Part shown: piece by piece, positions 19,212-29,680 of the stretch
Layout: every line of letters starts with the position of its first letter
Numbering within the stretch: the first letter of the stretch is position 1
Source of the DNA: Leptonemataceae bacterium
GTDB lineage: Bacteria > Spirochaetota > Leptospiria > Leptospirales > Leptonemataceae
Reading direction: 5' to 3'
Assembly: GCA_965227295.1 (NCBI GenBank)
Contig: OZ245742.1
Coordinates: 1,056,001-1,120,000, forward strand
Length of the DNA: 64,000 bases
The notes under the pieces: generated by a model
What the model was told of the DNA's origin: nothing
The model's input: the letters and a program-made list of their open reading frames with translations, nothing else
The model's database searches: none
Position numbers and translations under genes: made by a program

Positions 19212-19910
19212 ATGGCGACCGAAATTCAATCCATGTCCGCCTCCGCGTCCGAAACTACCACGCGTTTCCTGAAGTATGCGGAGCTGTATCTTTCTCTGCA
19301 GGGCGAGGGCAAACATTCGGGCCTGCCGTGTTTTTTTATTCGTACCGCGGTTTGCGATCTGCGCTGCCGTTGGTGTGACACGCCGGAAGCCCTGAGCGGC
19401 GGTGAGTGGATTTCCCGGGACGAGATTCTGAGCGCCGTTCCGGATCACGTGGAGCTCGTCCAGATCACCGGCGGCGAGCCGCTCGTGCAAAAAGATCGCA
19501 TCATCGAACTTATAGAAATCCTCAGCGCGGCTCCGCACCACAAGAAGGTGCTCCTGGAAACCGGCGGTCATCGCAGCCTGGCGGGTCTGCCCGAGAGTGC
19601 TCACATCGTTATGGACATTAAACTGCCGGCATCCGGCGAAGGCCGGCACGACTTCGCCGCAAACTTCCAGTATCTAAAACGTGAAGATGAAATTAAGTTC
19701 GTCGTCGCCGACCGCAATGATTTCGAACGGGCCGAACGCTGGATTCGTGAGTACCGTCTGGAGGACGTGTGTGATCTGCTTTTTTCTCCCGCCTGGGATC
19801 AACTCTCACTGAACGATCTGGCTCAATGGATACTCGATGCGAAACTCCGGGCGCGTCTGCAAACGCAGTTGCACAAACATGCCTGGGGCGGAGAGGCCAC
19901 CGGTGTCTGA
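19212..19910 (+). CDS. queE: 7-carboxy-7-deazaguanine synthase (radical SAM)
   Basis: SLQGEG, CDLRCRWCDT, TGGEPL, ETGG, QTQLHK; operon with queD and queC. Confidence 0.93.
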   Translation: MATEIQSMSASASETTTRFLKYAELYLSLQGEGKHSGLPCFFIRTAVCDLRCRWCDTPEALSGGEWISRDEILSAVPDHVELVQITGGEPLVQKDRIIELIEILSAAPHHKKVLLETGGHRSLAGLPESAHIVMDIKLPASGEGRHDFAANFQYLKREDEIKFVVADRNDFERAERWIREYRLEDVCDLLFSPAWDQLSLNDLAQWILDAKLRARLQTQLHKHAWGGEATGV

Positions 19911-20277
19911 AAGTCGCCGCGTCGAGATTGCGAAGTCCTTTCGCTTCGAAGCAGCCCATCTGCTACCGAACGTACCGGAAGGGCACAAGTGCCGGCGACT
20001 GCATGGTCATTCGTTTCGGTTTGAGGTCAAGCTGGCCGGAGAAGCGGATCCGCATACGGGCTGGCTCCTGGACTTCGGCGACATCAGCCGCGTCGTTAAG
20101 CCGTTGATTGAAAATTCTCTGGATCATCGTTACTTAAACGATGTGCCCGGTCTGGAAAATCCTACGAGTGAGAACCTGGCCATCTGGCTCTGGCAGCGCA
20201 TTCGGCCGGAACTGCCGCAGCTCGCGGAAATCGTCGTCTACGAAACCTGCAATTCCTGTTGCATCTATCGCGGCTGA
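19903..20277 (+). CDS. queD: 6-carboxytetrahydropterin synthase
   Basis: FEAAH, CRRLHGHS, LDHRYLN, NPTSEN, YET; GTG start overlapping the queE end. Confidence 0.95.
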   Translation: MSESRRVEIAKSFRFEAAHLLPNVPEGHKCRRLHGHSFRFEVKLAGEADPHTGWLLDFGDISRVVKPLIENSLDHRYLNDVPGLENPTSENLAIWLWQRIRPELPQLAEIVVYETCNSCCIYRG

Positions 20278-20330
20278 AGTCAAAATGTGAACCTGCGCTG
20301 CACCGGACTCAGCGCCTGCGAATCTTTGCC

Positions 20331-21032
20331 ATGGCTCCGCAATCCAAAAACGATCTCGCCGTAGTGCTGCTCAGCGGCGGCCTGGATTCCGCAACGGTAT
20401 TGTCCATTGCGCGCGAAGAGAACAAGGAATTGATCGCTCTCTCCTTCTGGTACGGCCAGCGCCACGCCGTAGAACTGGAATGTTCACAACGCCTGGCCCG
20501 GGGCGCGGACGTTCGGCACTTAATCGTCAAGCTCGACCCCGCCCTCTTTCGCGGCTCGGCGCTGGTCGGCGAAGCCATCGATATTCCGGTAGATCGAAAC
20601 ATCGACGCGTCCATTCCCGTAACTTACGTCCCCGCACGGAATATTCTCTTTCTTTCGCATGCCCTCGCGCTGGCCGAGTCATCCGGCGCGTCGCGAATCT
20701 ACATCGGCGTGAACGCCCTGGATTATTCCGGCTACCCGGACTGCCGCCCCGAGTTTCTACAGGCCTTTGAAAAGGCGGCCTTGCTCGGCATGAAACAAGG
20801 TGTGGAAGGAAACCCGGTGCGTTTCCACGCCCCGCTGGTAAAATTGAGCAAAGCTGAAATCATCCTCCGTGGGACTGAGCTGGGTGTGGACTACGGTAAT
20901 ACTTCGAGTTGTTACCAGCCCGCGGATGACGGAGCTCCGTGCGGCCGCTGCGACAGTTGCGCCCTGCGTGCGAAAGGTTTCGCCGAAGCCGGCATCGCGG
21001 ACCCGCTCGTTCAGAAATTTACGGACCGGTAA
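20331..21032 (+). CDS. queC: 7-cyano-7-deazaguanine synthase
   Basis: SGGLDS, YGQRH, TYVPARN, DYSGYPDCRPEF, SCY...CGRCDSC. Confidence 0.96.
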   Translation: MAPQSKNDLAVVLLSGGLDSATVLSIAREENKELIALSFWYGQRHAVELECSQRLARGADVRHLIVKLDPALFRGSALVGEAIDIPVDRNIDASIPVTYVPARNILFLSHALALAESSGASRIYIGVNALDYSGYPDCRPEFLQAFEKAALLGMKQGVEGNPVRFHAPLVKLSKAEIILRGTELGVDYGNTSSCYQPADDGAPCGRCDSCALRAKGFAEAGIADPLVQKFTDR

Positions 21033-21071
21033 ATCTTCGCCTTCGGCCCGGGATGTCCCGGCAATTGACAA

Positions 21072-21099
21072 TTGACACCACAAGTCGTGTAGCTAGTTT
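21072..21099 (+). promoter_or_regulatory. Putative sigma70 promoter for kdsB
   Basis: TTGACA-N16-TAGTTT ending 10 bp before the kdsB ATG. Confidence 0.5.
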
Positions 21100-21109
21100 C
21101 ATCTACGCT

Positions 21110-21856
21110 ATGACGAAGGTCCTCGGAGCCATTCCCGCTCGCTACGCATCGCAACGATTCCCCGGCAAACCCCTGGCCATGATCGGCAACAAACCCATGA
21201 TTCAGTGGGTGTACGAGGCCGCCCAACGCTGTGAAGATCTGGATGCAGTCGTCATTGCCACGGACGACGAACGCATTCGCGAGGCCGTAACGAGCTTCGG
21301 CGGCGAAGTCCTCATGACGTCCGAGAACCATCGCAGCGGAACCGATCGGCTGGCCGAGGTGGCGGACTTCTACAAAGACTACGAGGTGCTGGTCAACATC
21401 CAGGGCGACGAACCCGGCATCGATCCGGGATTGATCAGCGGCGTAACACGGCTGAAGCTTGAGCATCCGGAATGGGAAGTCAGCACGGCGGCGCGGCCCT
21501 TCGGCAAGAGCGAGGATCCCCTGGTTCCGAATCGCGTGAAGGTTGTATTGAGCCGCAGCGGCCGGGCCCTGTATTTTTCGCGATCCCTCATTCCCTTTCC
21601 GCGCAACAAGAGCGACCACCCGGTGTATCTGCATCTCGGCATCTACGCCTACCAGCGGGACTTCCTCATGCGATTTCATACGCTCCCGCCGTCGCATCTC
21701 GAAGGAACGGAGTCCCTCGAACAACTGCGCGTTCTGGAGAACGACTTCAACATCGGTGTGTACCTGGCCGCGGAAGCGGAACTGCCCGGAGTGGACTCCC
21801 CGGAAGATCTACAAAAGATCAAGCAAATATTCAAAGAACGTAAGTTAATCGACTGA
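21110..21856 (+). CDS. kdsB: 3-deoxy-manno-octulosonate cytidylyltransferase
   Basis: IPARYASQRFPGKPL, SGTDRLAE, VNIQGDEP, LYFSRSLIP, HLGIYAY, ESLEQLR. Confidence 0.96.
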   Translation: MTKVLGAIPARYASQRFPGKPLAMIGNKPMIQWVYEAAQRCEDLDAVVIATDDERIREAVTSFGGEVLMTSENHRSGTDRLAEVADFYKDYEVLVNIQGDEPGIDPGLISGVTRLKLEHPEWEVSTAARPFGKSEDPLVPNRVKVVLSRSGRALYFSRSLIPFPRNKSDHPVYLHLGIYAYQRDFLMRFHTLPPSHLEGTESLEQLRVLENDFNIGVYLAAEAELPGVDSPEDLQKIKQIFKERKLID

Positions 21857-21877
21857 CGTTACGGAGGCTGCACGTTC

Positions 21878-22843
21878 ATGGCGCAATCGGTCGGCACGAC
21901 CCTGATGGAAATCGTCAAGCGAATCCGCGATGTAAATCACGGCCAGAAAGAGTATCCCATCCCGGCCTCCGACACCATCTACCGGAAGCACATGCCGGAC
22001 CTCGTCAAAGACGACAAGCAGCTCCAGGAATACCTGGACGTCCTCACCGAGGCGCACTATCTGTTTGAGATCTCCATGGTGGAGCCGGACGATACGCTCA
22101 TGATCTCCGGTATTAACGGCTACGTCGTCGCGGACATTCCGACGCTCAAGGTCTTACGTGAGCGCGCGGACAACGACCTGGAATCCGTCTACGAACAGCA
22201 GTTTTATCGACGCAAGCAGGTCGTCACGATCATCCGGGAGTTACTGCCCCAGGCGCGGAACTTCAACAACACCGACCTCGGCCGCGCGCTGAACATCGCC
22301 GTTATGTTGCAGCAGTTCGAACAATTGCTGACGACGACCTTCGGCGAATACACGGACACCTGGAAGCGCCGGAAGCTGGAAGAACTCGTGCCGGACCTGG
22401 GTTTGCAGGACGAACCCACGGACGGGGGCGGCTCCGCTCCCATGGAAGATCCCACGGCACCGCCGGGCCACCAAGACGACCACCTCGATCATCCGCCGGA
22501 TACACATCCCAAACGCGCCGTGGACAGCGGCGAACTCGCCCGCATCCAGGAAATGGACCGCAGCGGCAACTGGGGCAGCGCCGTAGATCGTTACGGCGTG
22601 CAGTTCCTGCTGCGTATCCACTTTCGTAAGTACGAATTCGATAAAGTTAAGTGGCTGATGCGTACCGGCAAGGTCGCCCGCGAGGAAGATCTACGTTTCG
22701 TTCGCAACACCATCCGCACCATGGAAGGCCGCACGCACCTGGACCTCAAGCTGCTGAAGTTCGACAAAGAAATGGCCGAGATCAAACGCATCGCGCAGAT
22801 GAAACTGAACCAGATTCACCAGGTCCGTAAAGGCGACGCTTAG
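21878..22843 (+). CDS. Hypothetical protein
   Basis: 321-aa ORF with host-like codon usage and an acidic/Pro linker; 21 bp after kdsB. Confidence 0.75.
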   Translation: MAQSVGTTLMEIVKRIRDVNHGQKEYPIPASDTIYRKHMPDLVKDDKQLQEYLDVLTEAHYLFEISMVEPDDTLMISGINGYVVADIPTLKVLRERADNDLESVYEQQFYRRKQVVTIIRELLPQARNFNNTDLGRALNIAVMLQQFEQLLTTTFGEYTDTWKRRKLEELVPDLGLQDEPTDGGGSAPMEDPTAPPGHQDDHLDHPPDTHPKRAVDSGELARIQEMDRSGNWGSAVDRYGVQFLLRIHFRKYEFDKVKWLMRTGKVAREEDLRFVRNTIRTMEGRTHLDLKLLKFDKEMAEIKRIAQMKLNQIHQVRKGDA

Positions 22844-22845
22844 CA

Positions 22846-23436
22846 TCACGCCTGCACCTGCTCCACCAGCTTCACATTGAACCGACAGTAGTCCAGCCAG
22901 CCCATCCGTTCCGCCCGCGTCCGCGAGATGACCAACTGCGGCAACCACACCGGCTTCACCGGCGCCGGGTCCAGTTTCCAGCCGAGTTCCTTGAGCAGTT
23001 TGTTACCTTTCGCTGAGTTGCACTTACGGCACGCCGTCGTGAGGTTCTCCCACGAATTGAAATCGCGCGGCACGGCGTCGGCGTTTTGTTTTTTCCAGGT
23101 CCGCCAGCGAGAGCGCGGGATAATGTGATCGATCGTCAGATCCGAAAGCGAACCGCGGTTCTTGCAGTACTGGCACGTAAGATCGTCCCGCTGCATGATG
23201 TTCCACTTGTTCAGCGCCACGTCCCGCTTCGGGATCTTGTGATACTTCACCCGCGCGATGATCAGCGGCACCGCCACGCTGACGGAAGGAGATCGGAGCC
23301 GGAGCGGAGATTCCTGCACCGGAACCGCAACATTGCGAAAGATGTCGAGAATGGCCTTTCGAACCGTACAGATCTCGATGGGGATCATGCCCGCGTTCAG
23401 TACGAGCACCGACTGGCTGAGTATCGTAGTCTCCAT
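22846..23436 (-). CDS. HNH endonuclease (McrA-like stand-alone family)
   Basis: VLVLNA, RDDLTCQYC, TIDHIIPRS, WENLTTACRKCNSAKG. Confidence 0.92.
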   Translation of the reverse strand: METTILSQSVLVLNAGMIPIEICTVRKAILDIFRNVAVPVQESPLRLRSPSVSVAVPLIIARVKYHKIPKRDVALNKWNIMQRDDLTCQYCKNRGSLSDLTIDHIIPRSRWRTWKKQNADAVPRDFNSWENLTTACRKCNSAKGNKLLKELGWKLDPAPVKPVWLPQLVISRTRAERMGWLDYCRFNVKLVEQVQA

Positions 23437-23526
23437 TGTGCGCGCTCCTCCTCGCTACACGCCGTATATACGACGGGAAAACCGTCGCAGATACGGTGGG
23501 GAGCGCGCTGACTGCTACGCCCCGGA

Positions 23527-26070
23527 CTATGCTTCCGACAGGATCGCGACGTCGCGCACCCTGTCCTCGGAACCTAAGTTGACCAGTTTCACCCCGACGG
23601 TTGCCCGCCCGATCTGGGATACGTCTTTACACTGCATGCGAATGGCGAACCCGCTCTGCGCGATGATGACGATGTCGTCTTCATCCTGGACGCTGCAAAC
23701 CCGCACCGCAGGACCGTTTTTGTCGGTGATCTTGATGTACGTCATGCCTTTTCCGCCGCGGCCCTTCGACTGGAAGTTCGAATACGCGACGCGTTTACCG
23801 AAGCCCTTCTCCGAAATGACCAGCAGCGAGGTCTTCGGGTCCACGACGTCCATGCCGACGATGCGATCATCTTGATCCAGACGCATGCCGATGATGCCGC
23901 TGGCCGTGCGCCCCTGAGAACGCATCTTCGCCAGGTTCGTGCGCAGGGCATTGCCCATGCGGCTGGCCACGATGATGTCGTCTTTCGGACCGACCAGTCG
24001 CACATCGATGAGCTCATCGTCCTTGCGCAGACTCAGTGCGATGATGCCGCCCTTCTTCGCGTTTTCGAAGGCCGAAACCTCGGACTTCTTCAAGATGCCG
24101 TCCCGGGTTACCATCACGAGGGCCCGCTCGCCTTCGAAGTCCCGGGTCGCCGCCAGCGCCGTAATCTCTTCTTCGTTCGCAAGGTTAATGAGCGCCTTCA
24201 GCGACTTACCCCGCGAATCCCGGGAGGCTTCGGGAATTTCGTGCACGCGCATGAGGAAGACCTTGCCCTTGTTCGAAAAGAGCATGAGATTCTCGTGCGT
24301 CGAAGCCACCAGCATACGCCGGGTGTAGTCGTCGCGTTTGTTGGAGCCCTTCACGCCGCGCCCGCCGCGTTTTTGCCGGCGGAACGTATCGAGCGGCATG
24401 CGTTTGATGAAGCCCTCTTCGGTAAGCGCGATCACCACGTCTTCGTCGGCGATGAGGTCCATTACCTCGAAGTTCGTCGTGTCCACGGAGGAGTGGTCCA
24501 CTTCGGTGGCGCGTTTGCCGGGATACTGTTTAACGATTGCGGCCAGTTCGTCGGAGACGATCGCAAACTGCCGTTCTTCGCTTTTCAGGATCGCCTTGTA
24601 GTCCTTGATCTTGCCCTGGAGCTCTTTGAGTTCTTCAATGACCTTCGCCGATTCCAGGGAGGTAAGTTTTTGCAGGCGCATGTCCAGGATGGCGTTGGCC
24701 TGGACCTCGGAAAGTTTGAAGCGCTTCATCAACGACTTGCGGGCGTCGTCGACGGTCTTCGACTTGCGAATGATCTTGATGACTTCGTCAATAAAGTCGA
24801 GGGCGATCTTCAGTCCCTCGAGAATGTGCGCTCGCTTCTCGGCCTGGTTGAGTTCGTACTGTGTCCGCCGGACCACCACCTCGCGGCGGTGTTTGATGTA
24901 CTCGACCAGGATCTCTTTGAGATTCAGGACGCGCGGCTGGCCGTCGACGAGCGCGAGCAGGTTGATGCCGTAGCTCGTCTGCAATTGCGTTTGCTTGTAG
25001 AGTTGATTGAGGATGACCTGTGTGTTCGCGTCCTTCTTGATCTCGATCTCCACGCGAATGCCGTGGCGATCCGAGAGGTCGCGAATGTCGGCGATGCCTT
25101 CGATGACCTTGTTCTGGATCAGCTCGCCCATCTTTTCGAGCATCGTCTTCTTGTTCACCTGATACGGGATCTCGGTCACGACGATCATCTCACGACCGCG
25201 CTGCGCTTTCTCCACGTCGACCTTCGCACGAATGCGCAACGAACCGCGGCCGGACTTGTACGCGGACTTCAAACCTTCCCCGCCGATGATGATGCCGCCC
25301 GTGGGGAAGTCCGGCGCCGGGATGAACTTCATCAATTGCTCGACGGTCATGTCCGGCTTTTTGATGAGCGCGCTGACGGCTTCGATGACTTCGCCCAGGT
25401 TATGCGGCGGGATGTTCGTGGCCATGCCCACGGCAATGCCGCTCGCCCCGTTGACCAGCAGGTTCGGGAACGAAGCCGGCAGAACGTCCGGTTCGTTCTT
25501 CGTGGCGTCGAAGTTCGGGCTGAAGTTCACCGTGTCTTTGTCGATGTCCTTCAGCATCTCCTCCGCGACCTTCGTGAGCCGTGCCTCGGTGTAGCGATAA
25601 GCCGCGGGAGGGTCGCCGTCGATGCTGCCGAAGTTTCCCTGACCGTCGATCAACGGGACCCGCATGGACCAGGGCTGGGCCATACGCACGAGGGTGTCGT
25701 AGACGGCCGAGTCGCCGTGCGGATGGAAGTTACCGATGACCTCGCCGACGATCTTCGCGCACTTCACGAATGCGCGGTCGCTGCGCCAGGCACGATCGTG
25801 CATGGCGTAGAGGATGCGACGATGCACCGGCTTGAGTCCGTCACGAACGTCGGGAAGGGCCCGACCGACGATGACACTCATGGCGTAGTCGAGGTACGCC
25901 TCTTTCATCTGGTCCTGAATTTCTACGGGAACGAGGCGCTGGCCTCTGGTGAGGGCCTGCTGAAGATCGGTCCGGACGATTTCGTTGAGATGAGCGTCGT
26001 CCTGCTTGCTGCGGCGAGCGCTGGAGGATTTGGAAGACTTGCTGGATTTGCTACTGCGTTTTTTGGCCAT
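23527..26070 (-). CDS. gyrA: DNA gyrase subunit A
   Basis: RALPDVRDGLKPVHRR, HPHGDSAVYD, AAYRYTEARL, GyrA box QKRGGRG, beta-pinwheel repeats. Confidence 0.97.
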   Translation of the reverse strand: MAKKRSSKSSKSSKSSSARRSKQDDAHLNEIVRTDLQQALTRGQRLVPVEIQDQMKEAYLDYAMSVIVGRALPDVRDGLKPVHRRILYAMHDRAWRSDRAFVKCAKIVGEVIGNFHPHGDSAVYDTLVRMAQPWSMRVPLIDGQGNFGSIDGDPPAAYRYTEARLTKVAEEMLKDIDKDTVNFSPNFDATKNEPDVLPASFPNLLVNGASGIAVGMATNIPPHNLGEVIEAVSALIKKPDMTVEQLMKFIPAPDFPTGGIIIGGEGLKSAYKSGRGSLRIRAKVDVEKAQRGREMIVVTEIPYQVNKKTMLEKMGELIQNKVIEGIADIRDLSDRHGIRVEIEIKKDANTQVILNQLYKQTQLQTSYGINLLALVDGQPRVLNLKEILVEYIKHRREVVVRRTQYELNQAEKRAHILEGLKIALDFIDEVIKIIRKSKTVDDARKSLMKRFKLSEVQANAILDMRLQKLTSLESAKVIEELKELQGKIKDYKAILKSEERQFAIVSDELAAIVKQYPGKRATEVDHSSVDTTNFEVMDLIADEDVVIALTEEGFIKRMPLDTFRRQKRGGRGVKGSNKRDDYTRRMLVASTHENLMLFSNKGKVFLMRVHEIPEASRDSRGKSLKALINLANEEEITALAATRDFEGERALVMVTRDGILKKSEVSAFENAKKGGIIALSLRKDDELIDVRLVGPKDDIIVASRMGNALRTNLAKMRSQGRTASGIIGMRLDQDDRIVGMDVVDPKTSLLVISEKGFGKRVAYSNFQSKGRGGKGMTYIKITDKNGPAVRVCSVQDEDDIVIIAQSGFAIRMQCKDVSQIGRATVGVKLVNLGSEDRVRDVAILSEA

Positions 26071-26195
26071 AAAATCGGAACGTCAGGGGTTGACGGAGGT
26101 TATGTCTTATAAAACTACAGTTTCGGGCGCTTTCCTCTGGCCGCAACTTCTATTTAAAGAAGGCCCTTGAATTTGGCGGCGCCCGGAGCGAACGT

Positions 26196-28652
26196 ATGCC
26201 CACAATGCAGCAAAATCATTTCGTCCTGGTTACGATCCTCTCGATTTTCCTGATCCTCGTCGCCTTCCAGTATCCTTCGCTCCCTACCGCCCACGAAGCC
26301 GACGCGCCGCCGGCCGCCTTCTCCGCCCATCGCGCGCTGGAACATGTGCGGAGCCTGGCCGGGGAACCCCGCCCCACCGGCTCGCCTGGAAACGAGCGGG
26401 CCCGGCAGTATCTCATCGAGCAACTGCGCGCCATCGGTCCGGAGCTGGAGATCGAAACTCAACCGGCCGCGGTCGTGCGCGGCGCCGTGTCCGGTCTGGT
26501 CAGCGGCGCCCGCCTGGAGAATGTCATCGCCCGACTCCCCGGCACGGATTCCAGCGGAACCATCTTGCTCATGGCTCATTATGACAGTGTGCCCAACGGT
26601 CCCGGCGCCAATGATGATGCGGCGGGCACTTCGGTTGTACTGGAGAGCCTGCGTGCGCTCTACGCAAGCGGCCCCCACCGCAACGACGTCATCGCGCTGT
26701 TGACCGACGCCGAGGAACGCGGCATGCTCGGGGCCCGCGCATTTTACGAACAGCATCCGCTCGGCAAAACACCTGCGGCCATCCTGAACTTCGAAGCCCG
26801 CGGCAACACCGGCGTTGTCTTAATGTTCGAAACCGGCGCGAACAATCACTGGCTCATTCGCGAGTTCGCGGCGACCGCGGATCGCATTGCCGCCAGTTCC
26901 GTGGCCGCCGCACTCTTTCGCATTCTCCCGTACGGCACCGATCTTGCCCCGTTCAAAGAGGGTGGATTGTCCGGGCTGAACTTCGCCTACATCGACGGTC
27001 CGCTACGCTATCACTCCGTGCTGGACAACGCGGACAGCGTGGACCCGCGCAGCCTGCAACACGACGGCGACCTGGCGCTGCCGCTCACTCGCCGGCTTGC
27101 TGCGATGGATCTCACTGCGACTCGCGAATCGAGCGGCGATGCGATCTTCTTCAACGTGGGCAATCGACTGGTCTATTACTCGACCGTGCTCGCCTGGCCG
27201 CTGTTCGTTCTGGCCTGCGCCGGCTACGTCTTTTTCGTCTACCTGGCCTTCGGTCACCGCGGTCCGGGCCTGCGCGCGGGTGGCAGTATGCTGGGCTTCT
27301 TCGCGGTTGTCCTCGGATGTGTGCTCGTACCGCTGCTACTGGCTGGAACCTGGTGGCTGGTACGCCTCGTGCTAACGGACTACGCGGCCCTGGCGTACGC
27401 CGGGGAGGTCTACCAGTCCGTGTACTTTAAGTTTGCGTTTGCGATCCTGGCAGTGCTCGGTTGCGTGCTGTTGTGGCGACTATGGCTGCGCTGGTTTCGC
27501 TTCGTCGATCTCTTGCACGGCGGCATCATCTTCTGGCTGCTCGCCGGAGCATTGACGACGGCCCTGGTGCCCGCCGCGAGCTATCTATTCACGCTGCCCA
27601 TGATCGTATACACACCGTGCGCGGCCTTAAGCATCGTACGCATTCGCAAAGAACCGTCGTTGCATACGGTGAATCTTACGGCGAGCGGTGCGCTGCTCGC
27701 TCTGTTCCTGTTCGTTTCCCTGGCGCGTTTTCTCTTGTTTCAATTGCTGAACGTCACAACGTTCGCGGCAGGCAGCGTGCTGATCGTAGTCCTGTTCGTT
27801 CTCTACGTCCCCGCTCTGGCATACATAAATGCGCGGTCACCCATGTCCCTGGCCGGACTGCGCCGACAGCCTCCCTGGCGTTTCGCGGCGGCGGCGCTCT
27901 TAGTTGTATTTATTGTACTGTTAACGACCGGCCTGGTGCGTTCCCGCTTCGGCAGGGATCAGCCCCGCCCCAACAGCGTCGTCTACGCCCTGAACGCCGA
28001 CGACAACGCGGCACATCATCTTTCCTGTGACGTACACCTGGATGCCTGGACGCGTGCGTTCTTCCCGCCGGATCGGCTCGACGACGATAAGGCCTTCCAG
28101 CCATACATTCCTGTGCTCAAGCGTTGCATTCCCGGCTGGAATCGGCCGCACCGGGCGGCAGCTTCAGTTCCGGAACGGCCCGGCGATCTGCGCGCCCCGG
28201 CGGTTGACCTGCTGGTGGATCGCCGCACGGTGGACGGTCGCCGCTTGCGGCTGCGCTGGCGTTCTCGGCGGGACGCGCCGGTGCTCTTCGGCTTTTTGCG
28301 GCCCACGGACGGTTCGAGCATTGCGGCCCTCAGCGTGGACGGAGTTGCCGTGGAACTGCCGGAACGACAGACGCCGGGATTTCTGAGAAGCCTGGCCTCC
28401 AGCGCGGTGGTGATGGATGATTGGACGACGATTTCGTACGCCATTAGCGGGCGTCGCAAAGAAATCATCATCGAAGTCGAGCTCACCGCCGCGGCCGTTG
28501 AAGCGACGCCGGGCCTGGAACTCCGGCTCATGGATCACACCACCGGCCTGCCCGCTTTTCTCGCCGCACCGCCACGTCCCGCCGGCACAATGCCCGGGAT
28601 GCGCTATCCGTTCGGCGACGGCGCGTTCGTGTATGTGCGGCGGGTGTTCTGA
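26196..28652 (+). CDS. M28 family metallopeptidase with multi-TM C-terminal region
   Basis: AHYDSV, GANDD, DAEE, NFEARG, TD, YHS followed by many hydrophobic helices. Confidence 0.9.
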   Translation: MPTMQQNHFVLVTILSIFLILVAFQYPSLPTAHEADAPPAAFSAHRALEHVRSLAGEPRPTGSPGNERARQYLIEQLRAIGPELEIETQPAAVVRGAVSGLVSGARLENVIARLPGTDSSGTILLMAHYDSVPNGPGANDDAAGTSVVLESLRALYASGPHRNDVIALLTDAEERGMLGARAFYEQHPLGKTPAAILNFEARGNTGVVLMFETGANNHWLIREFAATADRIAASSVAAALFRILPYGTDLAPFKEGGLSGLNFAYIDGPLRYHSVLDNADSVDPRSLQHDGDLALPLTRRLAAMDLTATRESSGDAIFFNVGNRLVYYSTVLAWPLFVLACAGYVFFVYLAFGHRGPGLRAGGSMLGFFAVVLGCVLVPLLLAGTWWLVRLVLTDYAALAYAGEVYQSVYFKFAFAILAVLGCVLLWRLWLRWFRFVDLLHGGIIFWLLAGALTTALVPAASYLFTLPMIVYTPCAALSIVRIRKEPSLHTVNLTASGALLALFLFVSLARFLLFQLLNVTTFAAGSVLIVVLFVLYVPALAYINARSPMSLAGLRRQPPWRFAAAALLVVFIVLLTTGLVRSRFGRDQPRPNSVVYALNADDNAAHHLSCDVHLDAWTRAFFPPDRLDDDKAFQPYIPVLKRCIPGWNRPHRAAASVPERPGDLRAPAVDLLVDRRTVDGRRLRLRWRSRRDAPVLFGFLRPTDGSSIAALSVDGVAVELPERQTPGFLRSLASSAVVMDDWTTISYAISGRRKEIIIEVELTAAAVEATPGLELRLMDHTTGLPAFLAAPPRPAGTMPGMRYPFGDGAFVYVRRVF

Positions 28653-28664
28653 ACGAGAATGCTG

Positions 28665-29560
28665 TCAATCTGAGCTTTTGACCGGCCGACGCATTTGCGC
28701 CCGCACACCCATCACACTGCCGAGGACGATCAGCCCCGCGCCGCCCAGGGTGCGCAGATCCACGGTTTCGTCTAGAATCAAAACAGCAAAAGTTAGCGAG
28801 ATGGGCAGGTAAGCGTAGTAAACAGTGCTTGTGGTCTGCGGCGGCAGCACCGTGGAGACACGCACCCATAACGTATGACTGAGGGCCGTACAAAAGAGCG
28901 TGAGGTATCCAAGCTTCCACCAATCCAGGGCCGGCAGTTCCCAGTCCGTCCACGGGAAGAAGAACGCGAACAGGACGAAGGCAAAGGCGAACTGTCCGAA
29001 GGTCCGCACCTGCGAGGACATGTGTTTGTTGTGCTGATGCAGGATGGGCAGGAGCGCGAAGAGAAACGAACTCACGGCCCCGAGAGCAAGTCCCGCGGCG
29101 ACGTCATTTGACAGGCTGAACTCGGGAACCAGAAAGTAGACCCCTACAATGCAGATGGCCACGGCCAGCACTTCCAGCCAGCGCGGCGGGCGCCGGTAAT
29201 AGACGGCGCCGAGGATCGTGAGAAAGACACCGTAGCCGGCGAGCCCGATGGCCCCGATAGACGCCGACGATGTCTTGATGCTCAGAAAATAGGTGGCCCA
29301 GTGCCCGCCGAAGACCAGGCCGATCACCCCGAGCCATAGCCAGTCGCGTCCGCGGAGCTTTCGCAGCGCGCCGCCCTCCCGGCTCACGAAGATCAGATAG
29401 ATCAAAACGGAACCGAAGAAGAGCCGGAACACGCCGATGGTCCAGGCGTTCGCGGAAAGGGAGCGTATGACCACGGGAACCGAGGCCCAGAGCGTAATCG
29501 CCACGGCCGTTTCAAGAACCAGCCGCGCCGGAGACGGGGACGCTTCGTTCGGATCCTGCA
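28665..29560 (-). CDS. DMT/EamA family transporter
   Basis: About 10 TM helices in two EamA-like halves; start probably ATG 29560 (MQDP). Confidence 0.85.
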
Positions 29561-29680
29561 TGAAACCAGGGGAACGCGAGGCAGCGAGACTGTAAGCCCA
29601 TATTCTCGATTTCCGGGTTGCGCCCAAAGTCCGGAAGAAATGGGCCTTGACATCGACGGGATCGCAAGTCGCCTGATGCC

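Noticed and set aside
19212..21032. queE-queD-queC as a 7-deazaguanine DNA-modification (dpd) defence island
   Set aside because: No dpdA/tgt paralogue or other dpd genes nearby; the context is housekeeping queuosine synthesis
22846..23436. HNH gene as a homing or mobile endonuclease, or an IscB/Cas9 relative
   Set aside because: Short stand-alone McrA-like type with no RuvC motifs, intron or intein context, or element ends
26087..26097. Shared 11-mer GGGTTGACGGA here and at 3390-3400 as a common regulator site
   Set aside because: Only two non-palindromic occurrences, adequately explained as -35-like TTGACG boxes
23872..26112. 746-aa plus-strand ORF and similar long shadow ORFs (e.g. 2327-3235, 13754-14788, 32376-33716, 56066-57466)
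   Set aside because: Antisense to well-supported genes; expected in high-GC DNA and no recognisable motifs
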